Assembly: GCA_963727505.1 (NCBI GenBank)
Contig: CAVSGP010000006.1
Location: 32,001-96,000, forward strand
Direction of reading: 5' to 3'
From: an uncultured Trueperaceae bacterium
GTDB taxonomy: Bacteria > Deinococcota > Deinococci > Deinococcales > Trueperaceae
DNA: 64,000 bases
Shown: piece after piece, positions 1-8,266 of the stretch
Position numbering within the stretch: position 1 is the stretch's first letter
Layout: the number at the start of each line of letters is the position of its first letter
Notes under the pieces: generated by a model
What the model saw: only the letters and a program-made list of their open reading frames with translations
Told to the model about the DNA's origin: nothing
Databases searched by the model: none
Program-made: the position numbers and the translations under genes

Positions 1-1
1 G

Positions 2-508
2 ATGAACCTGCTCGACTCGCACGACACGCCCCGCGCCCTCACCATCCTGCGCGGCGACCGGGCCGCGCTGCGGCTGGCCTACTTGTTGTTGTTCACCCTT
101 CCGGGCGCGCCCTGCATCTACTACGGCGATGAGATCGGGCTGCAGGGCGGCCACGACCCCGGTTGCCGCAACACCATGCCGTGGTCGGACGAGGGCGCCT
201 GGGACCAGGCGCTGCTCGGCTGGCTGCGGCGACTGAGCTCGACGCGCCGCGAGCAGGCGGCGCTGCGTCGCGGCGACACCGTGGTGCTGGCGGCCGTGGG
301 GCCCGTGCTGGTGTTCGCGCGCCAGTTCGAGGACGAGCGCGTGGTGGTGGCGCTGAACGCCGGCGCCGTCGACGCTCCGGTGCCCTCCGCAGCGGGCCTG
401 GAGGGGCGCTTCCGCGACCTGATGGAGGGTTCCGAGCTCGAGCTCGGGAAGGGCAAGGCCAGGGTACCGGCGCGCGGAGGCTGGCTGCTTCGCGCTCTCG
501 GCTCCTGA
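2..508 (+). CDS. GH13 alpha-amylase family (neopullulanase/cyclomaltodextrinase-like), C-terminal part; 5' truncated by window edge
   Basis: NLLDSHDTPR, PGAPCIYYGDEIG and DPGCRNTMPW motifs typical of GH13 neopullulanases. Confidence 0.9.
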   Translation: MNLLDSHDTPRALTILRGDRAALRLAYLLLFTLPGAPCIYYGDEIGLQGGHDPGCRNTMPWSDEGAWDQALLGWLRRLSSTRREQAALRRGDTVVLAAVGPVLVFARQFEDERVVVALNAGAVDAPVPSAAGLEGRFRDLMEGSELELGKGKARVPARGGWLLRALGS

Positions 509-528
509 GGGCCCGTCCCTTGGAGGAC

Positions 529-888
529 CTAGCTGGGCTGCGCCTGTGGGGTCACGGCGGCGCCGTTGGTCTCGCCGGTGCGGATGCGCACCACGCGGTC
601 GACCGGGAGCACGAAGATCTTGCCGTCGCCGACCTCGCCGGTGCGCGCGCCGCGCAGGATGGCGTCCACGGCCGGGTCGACGAACGCTTCGGTGACGCCG
701 ATGTCGAGCCGGACCTTCTCGATCAGCTCCATCTTGACGCTCATGCCACGGTAGGTCTGCACCGCCTCGCGCTCGCCGCCGTGCCCCCGCACCGGGGTCA
801 CGGTGACGCCGTAGATCGATGCCTCGAAGAGGGCGGCCAGGACGTCGTTGAGGCGCTCCTTGCGCACGACGGCGGTGACGAGCTTCAT
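529..888 (-). CDS. glnK: P-II family nitrogen regulator (GlnK-type), copy 1
   Basis: MKLVTAVVR...GHGG...YRG...ARTGEVGDGKIFV; ATG overlaps the amt stop (ATGA). Confidence 0.95.
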   Translation of the reverse strand: MKLVTAVVRKERLNDVLAALFEASIYGVTVTPVRGHGGEREAVQTYRGMSVKMELIEKVRLDIGVTEAFVDPAVDAILRGARTGEVGDGKIFVLPVDRVVRIRTGETNGAAVTPQAQPS

Positions 889-2336
889 GCCTCGCTCCGG
901 GCGGCATTGGGCACGGCCGGGGCGCGGGGCTCGAGCCGCGCCACCGGCAGGAGCAGCGCGCCCTCGCCGTCGGTGTAGGCCTCCTCGCCATGCATGCCGA
1001 CGTCGAGCCCCTGCGCCTCGGTGTCGCTGTCGGCGCGCAGCGGCGTCAACAGGCCGACCAGACCGGCCACCGCCAGCGTGCCGACGGCGCTGAAGCCCAG
1101 CGCGCATGCCACCGCCAGCGCCTGGACGCTGAGTTGCGCCAGCGAACCGTCGACGGGGGCGCCCCACGCCCGGCTTGCGAACAGACCGGTGAGCAGCGCG
1201 CCGCTGATCCCGCCCATCCCGTGTGCCGCGAAGACGTCGAGGGCGTCGTCGAGCCGGCTGCGCGCGCGCCACAGCATGAGCAGGTAGCTGGGCAGGGCGG
1301 CCAACGAGCCGATCGCCAGCGCGGCGGCCGGCCCTACGAAGCCGGCGGCCGGGGTGATCGCCACCAGGCCCACCACCATGCCGGTGGCGATGCCCACGGC
1401 GGTGACGCGTCCGCCGCGCGCCATGTCGAGCAGCGCCCACACCACCAGGGTGGCCGCCGGCGCCAGCAGGGTGTTCACGAACGCCAGCACGGCGGTAGCG
1501 TTGGCCGCCTGGGCGCTGCCGGCGTTGAAGCCGAACCAGCCGAACCACAGCAGTCCGGCCCCGAGAAGCGTGTAGGGGACCTGGTGGGGAAGCATCGCCT
1601 TGCGGCCGTAGTCGCTGCGGCGCCCCAGCATCAGGGCGAGCACCACCGCGGCGACGCCGGCATTGATGTGCACGACGGTGCCGCCGGCGAAGTCGAGAGC
1701 GCCGAGCTGCTGCAGGAAGCCCCCGCCCCACACCCATTTGGCGAGCGGCGCGTAGACGACGACGCTCCACAGCGCGATGACGAGCATGTACGCGCCGAAG
1801 CGCATGCGTTCGACGACGGCGCCCGAGATCAGGGCGGCACTGATCATCGCGAAGGTGGCCTGGAAGGCGAATCCCAGCAGCGCCGGAAGGCCGACGTTGC
1901 CGGAGGCGCCGGACGTGCCGGAGGTACCAAGGCCGCGCAGGAAGGCGTGGTCCAGGCCTCCGAGCCAGGCGGAGCCCGGCGCGAAGGCCAGCGAGTAGCC
2001 GACCGAAGCGAAGGTGAGCCCGACCACGCCGAGCGCGACGAAGCTCATCATCATGGTGTTGAGCACGTTCTTACGGCGCACCAGGCCGCCGTAGAAGAGG
2101 GCCAGCCCCACCACCATCAGCAGGACCAGCGCCGTCGACGCCATCATCCAGGCGAGGTCGCCGGCGGGAGGGCCCGCAGCTGCCGGAGCGGCGGCCAGAC
2201 CCGTGGCCGCCGGCGGATCGGCGGCCAGCGCTCCGTGCACCAGCATCGCCAGCATCGCCAGACCGCCCGCGAGCCTGCCGCGGCGTCGCGGAGCAGCCGG
2301 GGCCGAACGACGTCTCGATGGGTTGTGGCGGCGCAT
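885..2336 (-). CDS. amtB: Ammonium transporter, AmtB-type, copy 1
   Basis: GLALFYGG, NTMMMSF, DFAGGTVVH, WFGWFGFNAGS, DDALDVFAAHG; GGAGGT RBS before ATG at 2336. Confidence 0.95.
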   Translation of the reverse strand: MRRHNPSRRRSAPAAPRRRGRLAGGLAMLAMLVHGALAADPPAATGLAAAPAAAGPPAGDLAWMMASTALVLLMVVGLALFYGGLVRRKNVLNTMMMSFVALGVVGLTFASVGYSLAFAPGSAWLGGLDHAFLRGLGTSGTSGASGNVGLPALLGFAFQATFAMISAALISGAVVERMRFGAYMLVIALWSVVVYAPLAKWVWGGGFLQQLGALDFAGGTVVHINAGVAAVVLALMLGRRSDYGRKAMLPHQVPYTLLGAGLLWFGWFGFNAGSAQAANATAVLAFVNTLLAPAATLVVWALLDMARGGRVTAVGIATGMVVGLVAITPAAGFVGPAAALAIGSLAALPSYLLMLWRARSRLDDALDVFAAHGMGGISGALLTGLFASRAWGAPVDGSLAQLSVQALAVACALGFSAVGTLAVAGLVGLLTPLRADSDTEAQGLDVGMHGEEAYTDGEGALLLPVARLEPRAPAVPNAARSEA

Positions 2337-2382
2337 GCGAACCTCCCGGCGGCCTGGAAGATCCAGGGCCGCGCGATGCATG

Positions 2383-2411
2383 AGGCTAGCACGAGCGGCG
2401 CGGGGCGTCAA
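2383..2411 (-). promoter_or_regulatory. sigma70-type promoter of amtB1-glnK1
   Basis: TTGACG-17 nt-TAGCCT on the minus strand, about 45 nt before the start codon. Confidence 0.7.
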
Positions 2412-2516
2412 AAGAAAGATGGACGTTGTGCAAGTATTCGTGGCACGTAAGGCCCGTGACGGGCCGTTGGGTGGCATCAGTGTCGCCCGAACGCGGTCAT
2501 ATGAACGATACAGCGT

Positions 2517-2551
2517 GAACGGCGCGCCCAGGTCATCCGGGCGCGCCGTTC
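2517..2551 (-). terminator. GC-rich hairpin after glnK2 (possible terminator or stability stem)
   Basis: GAACGGCGCGCCC / GGGCGCGCCGTTC 13-bp inverted repeat; no clear U-tract. Confidence 0.4.
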
Positions 2552-2590
2552 GTGCGAGGCCTTGGGATCGCCCCCGATCGGGGGCGTGGG

Positions 2591-2962
2591 TCAGATCGAG
2601 GCGGCCAGGGGAGCCCCGATCGGCGTCAAGGCCTCGGCGTCCTCCTCTCCGGTGCGGATGCGGACCACCTTGTCCAGGGGCTGGACGAAGATCTTCCCGT
2701 CCCCCACCTCGCCCGTGCGGGCCGAGCGCGTGATGGCGTCGATCGTCGGCGCCACGAAGGCGTCGGACACTGCGATGGTCAACTGGACCTTCTCGTGGAA
2801 CTCCACCAGGAAGGTGCTTCCGCGGTACTGCTCGTGGATGGCGGCCTGCCCTCCGTGGCCGCTCACCCGGTTCAGGGTGATCCCCTGAACGCCTGCCTTG
2901 AAGAGGGCCTCCTTGACCGCGTTGAGGCGCTCCGGCCGGACGAAAGCGGTGATCAGCTTCAT
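2591..2962 (-). CDS. glnK: P-II family nitrogen regulator, copy 2
   Basis: MKLITAFVRPERL...GHGGQ...YRG...ARTGEVGDGKIFV; AAGGAG RBS. Confidence 0.95.
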   Translation of the reverse strand: MKLITAFVRPERLNAVKEALFKAGVQGITLNRVSGHGGQAAIHEQYRGSTFLVEFHEKVQLTIAVSDAFVAPTIDAITRSARTGEVGDGKIFVQPLDKVVRIRTGEEDAEALTPIGAPLAASI

Positions 2963-2990
2963 CTGCACGCTCCTTCGAGGCCCCGAGGCC

Positions 2991-4592
2991 TCAGTCGCCC
3001 GCTCCGACGATCACGGGCTCGCGGAGCGCGTCCGCGGGCACGTAGGCTTCGGCGCCGTGCTCGGCGACGTCGAGGCCGCCGATCTCCTCGTGGGGGCCGA
3101 CGCGGATGCCGACGGTGGCCTTGAGGACCGTCCACAGCAGCGCGACCGAGCCGAACGCCAGGGCGCTGATGACGACGGTTCCGAGGATCTGGATGAGCAC
3201 GAAGTGCACACCGCCACCGGCGAAGAGGCCGTTGGCGCCGAGCGTCGGAAGGCCGAACAGGCCCAGGGAGACGGTGCCCCAGATGCCGGCAACGCCGTGG
3301 ACCGAGACGGCACCGACGGGGTCGTCGACGCCCAGAGCGTCGACCACCGGGATGGCCAGCACCACGATCACGCCGGCCACGAGCCCGATGGCGATGGCCG
3401 CGGGGGGGCTGACGAAGGCGCAGGGTGCTGTGATGGCGACGAGACCGGCGAGGAGGCCGTTCATGGTCATCGAGAAGTCGGGCTTGCCGAAGCGCATCCA
3501 CGACACGACCATCGAGGCCACACCGGCGGCGGCCGCGGCGATGTTGGTCGTCAGGAAGATCCGGGCGACCAGGCCGGGGTCGCCGACGATGCCCATGGTG
3601 GAGCCGGGGTTGAACCCGAACCAGCCGAGCCACAGGATGAACACGCCCAGCGCGACGAAGGTCATGTTGTGGCCCGGCATGGCGGTGACCCTGCCGTTCT
3701 GGTAACGCCCGATGCGCGGTCCCAGCACCGCGGCGGCGCCGAGCGCGGCGAACCCGCCGACGGCGTGCACCACCGTCGAGCCGGCGAAGTCGAGGAAACC
3801 CAGCTGGGCGAGCCAGCCGCCACCCCAGACCCAGTGGCCGAGGATGCTGTAGATGAAGGTGGTCATCACGACCGAGAAGATCAGGTAGGCCGGGAACTTC
3901 ACCCGGCCCCCGATCGCCCCCGAAACGATGGTCGCGGCTGTGCCGGCGAACACGAGCTGGAAGAAGAACTTGGCGAAGAGCGGGACGCCGGTCCACGACA
4001 GCGATTCGAAGATGCCCTTGTAGGCGCTGCCGGTCAGTGGGCTGAGGTCGGGGCCGCTCAGGAACCAGCCGTGGAGCCCCAGCAACCCGGTGCCGTTGCC
4101 GAACATGAAGGCGAACCCGAAGGCCCAGAAGGCGATCGACGCCACCATGAAGTCCGAGGCGTTCTTCATCAGGATGTTGACGACGTTCTTGGCGCTCTGC
4201 AATCCCGCCTCGACCAGGGCGAAGCCGGCCTGCATGAAGAACACCAGCGCGCCGGCGATCAGGACCCAGAGGGTGTCGACCGCGACGGTGACCTTGGCGG
4301 TGGCGTCGGCGGACTGAGCGCCGGCAAGGCCCGCGATGAGGAGGGCGCCAACGACGGGGACGGTGCGGCGGAGCCACGCGGCGTGCGTACGCGCGCTGGT
4401 GCGGGCGCGAGCCTGCGGACGCGGCGATCGCTGGGCGTTGCGGCGCTGGGCGGGGCGGGTGCGGCCGCCGTGGGCGTCGTCGATCCGGAAGGGCGCCGAC
4501 GCGGCTGCGGCCGGCGTTCCGGGCGCGGCCGGGGCCGCGCCTTCGACGGGACCGGCAGCGGGCGGCGTGGCTGTCGGGGTGCGGGACTTCAT
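2991..4592 (-). CDS. amt: Ammonium transporter, copy 2 (FMQAGF-type) with long N-terminal extension
   Basis: FFMQAGFALVEAG, KNVVNILMKN, DFAGSTVVH, WLGWFGFNPGS, DDPVGAVSVHG; GGAGGT RBS before ATG at 4592. Confidence 0.93.
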   Translation of the reverse strand: MKSRTPTATPPAAGPVEGAAPAAPGTPAAAASAPFRIDDAHGGRTRPAQRRNAQRSPRPQARARTSARTHAAWLRRTVPVVGALLIAGLAGAQSADATAKVTVAVDTLWVLIAGALVFFMQAGFALVEAGLQSAKNVVNILMKNASDFMVASIAFWAFGFAFMFGNGTGLLGLHGWFLSGPDLSPLTGSAYKGIFESLSWTGVPLFAKFFFQLVFAGTAATIVSGAIGGRVKFPAYLIFSVVMTTFIYSILGHWVWGGGWLAQLGFLDFAGSTVVHAVGGFAALGAAAVLGPRIGRYQNGRVTAMPGHNMTFVALGVFILWLGWFGFNPGSTMGIVGDPGLVARIFLTTNIAAAAAGVASMVVSWMRFGKPDFSMTMNGLLAGLVAITAPCAFVSPPAAIAIGLVAGVIVVLAIPVVDALGVDDPVGAVSVHGVAGIWGTVSLGLFGLPTLGANGLFAGGGVHFVLIQILGTVVISALAFGSVALLWTVLKATVGIRVGPHEEIGGLDVAEHGAEAYVPADALREPVIVGAGD

Positions 4593-4769
4593 CGTCACCT
4601 CCATGGGTGGTGCGCTACCGCGCGGGGCCGGATCGGGTGTCACGCGACGCATTGGGTCGCAAGAGGCGTGCGAGCGCGGCACGCGATCGGGCTCTTCTCG
4701 GCGGGCGCTCGGCCCGGCCGTCGTCCGACCGGCGACCCCTGGGTGGGGAAACGCGGCCGGACTTGGCCA

Positions 4770-4798
4770 AGCATAGGTGCAAATTTGCACGGTGTCAA
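4770..4798 (-). promoter_or_regulatory. sigma70 promoter of amt2-glnK2 with a perfect 14-bp palindrome in the spacer
   Basis: TTGACA-cc GTGCAAATTTGCAC c-TATGCT (17-nt spacer). Confidence 0.8.
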
Positions 4799-5084
4799 GC
4801 AAGAAGTTGCAGGATGTAATGTCACATTGCGCGTGACGATGAGCACAGAAAGACCCATTATGCGATGCAAAGAGGGGGGCGGGAACGTGCTGAGTGTAAA
4901 AGAAAGGATGTACGCCGAGGTCATCAGACGAACGCCGCCGAACGTCCCGCGGCCCGACCGGGCGCATCGCACTTCGATCGCGGGTCGAACGAGGGCCGGG
5001 AGCCCGAACACGACCGCGGCCGCCTCGCGAACGAGGCGGCCGGAAGGTTTCAACGCAACGTGCGGTCGGCTCAGGCCGGTCTCG

Positions 5085-6158
5085 TCACAGCTCCTGCAAC
5101 AAGATGCGGCTCTCGTCGCCGACGATGAGCCGGTGCGTGCTGGGGCGTCCGTCGTGCCCCTCGACGCGGACGTCCTCGCCGATGAGGCTGCCCTGGATGC
5201 GAGGGCCCACGCCCTGGATGATCGAGCGGGCGCCGACCACGGCGTACTCGATCTCGGCGTTCACGACGTGGACGCCGTCTCCGATCGAGGTGAAGGGTCC
5301 CAGGTAGGCGTTCTCGACGTGGGCACCGCGCCCGATGATCGCCGGGCCGAAGATGGTCGTGTCACGGACGACCGCGCCCTCCTCGACGACCACCTCACCC
5401 ACCAGCTTGGCGTTCTCGACCTCGCCGCGCACGGACCCCTTCAGGCGCATGAGCTGGAGCCGATTGGCGTCGAGGATGTCGTCGGGATTGCCGGTGTCCT
5501 TCCACCAGCCCTCCACCTCGACCGGGGACACGGTGTAGCCCGCGCTGATGAGCATCTGGATGGCGTCGGTGATCTGATACTCGCCCTTGGCCCCGGGCTC
5601 GAGGTCTTCGATCATGTCGTGGATGTGCTTGTCGAAGACGTAGACGCCGGCGATGGCCAGCGTGCTGGGCGGGTCCTGGGGCTTCTCCACCAGGCGCGTG
5701 ATGCGCCCGTTCTCCACCACCGCCACCCCGAGCGAGCGGGCGGCCTCCAGCGACACCGGCACCAGCGCGCACACGGCGTTCGTGCTCTGGTCGGGGTCGA
5801 AGGCACGCACGAAGCTGGCGATGCCGTGCTCGAAGAGGTTGTCGGAGAGGTACATCACGAACGGATCGTCGGCGAGGAACTCCCGCGCGACCTTCACGGC
5901 GTGCGCCAGCCCCTGCGGCGGGTTCTGCAGGATGTACGTGAAGCGCGCGCCGCGGTACCCGGCCAGCGTCTCCTTGATGCTCTCGACCGTCAGGTAGCTG
6001 ACGACCACACCGATATCGGTCACGCCGGCCTCGACGAGGTTGTCCACGGCGTAGTGGATGAGCGGTTTGTTCGCCACGCTGATCGTCGGCTTGGGGCGGA
6101 GGCTGGTGATCGGCCGCAGGCGCGTCCCCAGGCCCGCAGCGAGGATGAGTCCCTTCAT
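5085..6158 (-). CDS. rfbA: Glucose-1-phosphate thymidylyltransferase (long RmlA form with C-terminal hexapeptide region)
   Basis: MKGLILAAGLGTRLRPIT, NKPLI, LVEKP, GEYQITDAIQ, WWKDTG. Confidence 0.9.
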   Translation of the reverse strand: MKGLILAAGLGTRLRPITSLRPKPTISVANKPLIHYAVDNLVEAGVTDIGVVVSYLTVESIKETLAGYRGARFTYILQNPPQGLAHAVKVAREFLADDPFVMYLSDNLFEHGIASFVRAFDPDQSTNAVCALVPVSLEAARSLGVAVVENGRITRLVEKPQDPPSTLAIAGVYVFDKHIHDMIEDLEPGAKGEYQITDAIQMLISAGYTVSPVEVEGWWKDTGNPDDILDANRLQLMRLKGSVRGEVENAKLVGEVVVEEGAVVRDTTIFGPAIIGRGAHVENAYLGPFTSIGDGVHVVNAEIEYAVVGARSIIQGVGPRIQGSLIGEDVRVEGHDGRPSTHRLIVGDESRILLQEL

Positions 6159-6232
6159 GACGGTTCCTCTCTCATGACGGTCGATGGTACCGCAGGCGGC
6201 GGCGGAGCGCCGTACGGCCCGCGCCCGGCCTC

Positions 6233-6275
6233 GACACGTGTGAACGCCGGTCGCGGCGCGGCGTTCACACGCGTC
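6233..6275. repeat. 17-bp inverted repeat (16/17 match) in a divergent intergenic region
   Basis: GACACGTGTGAACGCCG-9 nt-CGGCGTTCACACGCGTC. Confidence 0.7.
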
Positions 6276-6382
6276 CGTTCGCGTCCGCATGCCGCCCGCC
6301 GCGTCGCGGCGCCGCAGCCGCCATTGTCGTTGCGAGCACGGCGGCCGCGGTACGAGCGGCGCGCCTTCGCTAGCATGGGAGC

Positions 6383-8260
6383 GTGGCCGTTCGCGTCGTC
6401 ACGCCTCCGCCCGATTCCGGTCGGGTCGTTCTGGGCCGCACCCTCCCCTCGCTGCTCGACGAGGCTGCCGAGAAGCGCCCGAACGCGCGCGCGCTGAACC
6501 AGCGCGTGGAGGCCGGATGGCAACCGCTCTCCACCGAAGCGTTCCGGCAGCGCGCCGAGGCACTGGCGCTCGGGCTGCGCGCGCAGGGGCTCGAGCGCGG
6601 CGATCGGGTGGCCTTCTTCACCCACAGCGACGTCTCCTTCGTGGTCGGAGACATGGCGTGTTTGCTGGCCGGGCTGGTCACGGTCCCGATCTACCTGACG
6701 CACGCCGAAGGGGCGGTGCGCCACATCCTCGGGGAGTCCGGCGCCCGCGCGCTGCTCGTCTCGAACCCGGAGCTGCTCGAGCGCTTGAGCGGCGTGGTGC
6801 CTTCCGCCGAAGCGCTGACGCTGGTGGCGTTGTGGGAGGGCGAGGCGCCCTTCGGGCCCGGCCGAGGCGCCCTGCCGGAGCGTGTCCGGGTGATGAGCTA
6901 CGCCGCCCTGGAAGCGAACGGGGCGGGCGTGCTTGCCGCCGCGCCCGGCGCCGGTCGGGCGCTGCGCGACGCCCTCGACGCCCAGGACGTGGCCACGCTC
7001 ATCTACACCTCCGGCACCACGGGGCTGCCGAAAGGCGTGATGCTCACGCATCAGAACATCTCGTCCAACGTCGTGGCCGCCTTCACCGGACTCCCCACCT
7101 ACCATCCGGGCGAGGCGGAGGTGGTGCTGTCCTTCCTGCCGCTGACGCACATCTTCGCTCGCACGCTGCAGTACGGGGTGATGTGGTACGGCTCGAGTGT
7201 CTACTTCGGCGATCCCTCCCGGGTCGGCGAGGACCTCGTCGAGCTGCGCCCCACCTTCTTCGCCTCCGTCCCGCGGGTGTTGGAGAAGGCCTACGAGCGC
7301 ATCCAGGCGGCGGGTGCGGCCCTGGGTGGCGTGCGCGGCGGGTTGTTCGCCTGGGCCCTGGCCCGGGCGCGCGCGTTCGACGTCGAGCAGCCGCCGACCG
7401 GCCCGGCGGCGCTGGCGCACGCCCTGGCCGACCGGCTCGTCTACCGGCGCTGGCGGGAGGCGCTGGGCGGGCGGTTGAGGACCGTCATCGTGGGCGGCGC
7501 GGCGCTGCGCGCCGAGCTCGCCACCGTCTTCGGTGCTGCCGGGATCGACGTGCTACAGGGCTACGGTCTGACGGAGACCAGCCCCGTTGTCGCCTTCAAC
7601 CGTCCCGGGATCAACCGGCCCGGGACCGTAGGCGTGCCGCTGGCGGGCACGGAGGTAGGCGTGTCCGACGAGGGTGAGGTGCTGGCGCGCGGCCCGCACA
7701 TCATGAAGGGCTACTACCTGCGGGACGACCTCACCGCCGAGGTGATCGACGCCGACGGCTGGTTCCACACCGGCGATCTCGGCGCCGTCGAAGACGCGGG
7801 GTTCGTGCGCATCACCGGGCGCATCAAGCACCTGTTCAAGCTCTCGACCGGCAAGTACGTGATGCCGCGGCCGATCGAGCAGCAACTCGAGGCGAGCCCG
7901 CTCGTCGACACCGCTCTGGTCGTCGGGGACGGCGAGAAGTTCTGCACCGCCCTCTTGTTCGTGGCGGGCTCCGCGCTCGAGGAGGCGATCGAGCGTCCGC
8001 TCGATGCCTCGGCGCTCGCCGCGCCCGATGTGCAGGGCCGCTACCGCGACCTCGTCGCGGCCGCCAACCGCGACATGCCGCACTGGTCGACGGTGAAGCG
8101 CTTCGCGCTGCTCCTCGACGAGCTGACCATGGAGAGCGGGCACGTCACCCCCAAGCTGAGCGTCCGGCGCGATACCGTTCTGCACGCCTATGCCGGCGTG
8201 ATCGGCGCGCTCTACCGCGGCCATCGGGCGCCGGAGGGGGTGGTGGTGGTGGAGGTCTGA
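6383..8260 (+). CDS. Long-chain fatty acid--CoA ligase (AMP-dependent synthetase)
   Basis: IYTSGTTGLPKGVMLTH, QGYGLTET, GWFHTGDLG, RITGRIK. Confidence 0.92.
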   Translation: MAVRVVTPPPDSGRVVLGRTLPSLLDEAAEKRPNARALNQRVEAGWQPLSTEAFRQRAEALALGLRAQGLERGDRVAFFTHSDVSFVVGDMACLLAGLVTVPIYLTHAEGAVRHILGESGARALLVSNPELLERLSGVVPSAEALTLVALWEGEAPFGPGRGALPERVRVMSYAALEANGAGVLAAAPGAGRALRDALDAQDVATLIYTSGTTGLPKGVMLTHQNISSNVVAAFTGLPTYHPGEAEVVLSFLPLTHIFARTLQYGVMWYGSSVYFGDPSRVGEDLVELRPTFFASVPRVLEKAYERIQAAGAALGGVRGGLFAWALARARAFDVEQPPTGPAALAHALADRLVYRRWREALGGRLRTVIVGGAALRAELATVFGAAGIDVLQGYGLTETSPVVAFNRPGINRPGTVGVPLAGTEVGVSDEGEVLARGPHIMKGYYLRDDLTAEVIDADGWFHTGDLGAVEDAGFVRITGRIKHLFKLSTGKYVMPRPIEQQLEASPLVDTALVVGDGEKFCTALLFVAGSALEEAIERPLDASALAAPDVQGRYRDLVAAANRDMPHWSTVKRFALLLDELTMESGHVTPKLSVRRDTVLHAYAGVIGALYRGHRAPEGVVVVEV

Positions 8261-8266
8261 GCTCGA

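Noticed and set aside
4593..4765. Glutamine (glnA-motif) riboswitch in the amt2 leader
   Set aside because: I could not see the conserved core; an Rfam scan would be needed to exclude it fully
2898..6497. Very long ORFs such as 2898-6497 (+), 24281-27166 (+), 53244-56087 (-), 58513-61731 (+)
   Set aside because: They lie antisense to recognisable genes and are the expected shadow ORFs of high-GC codon usage; no motifs or RBS
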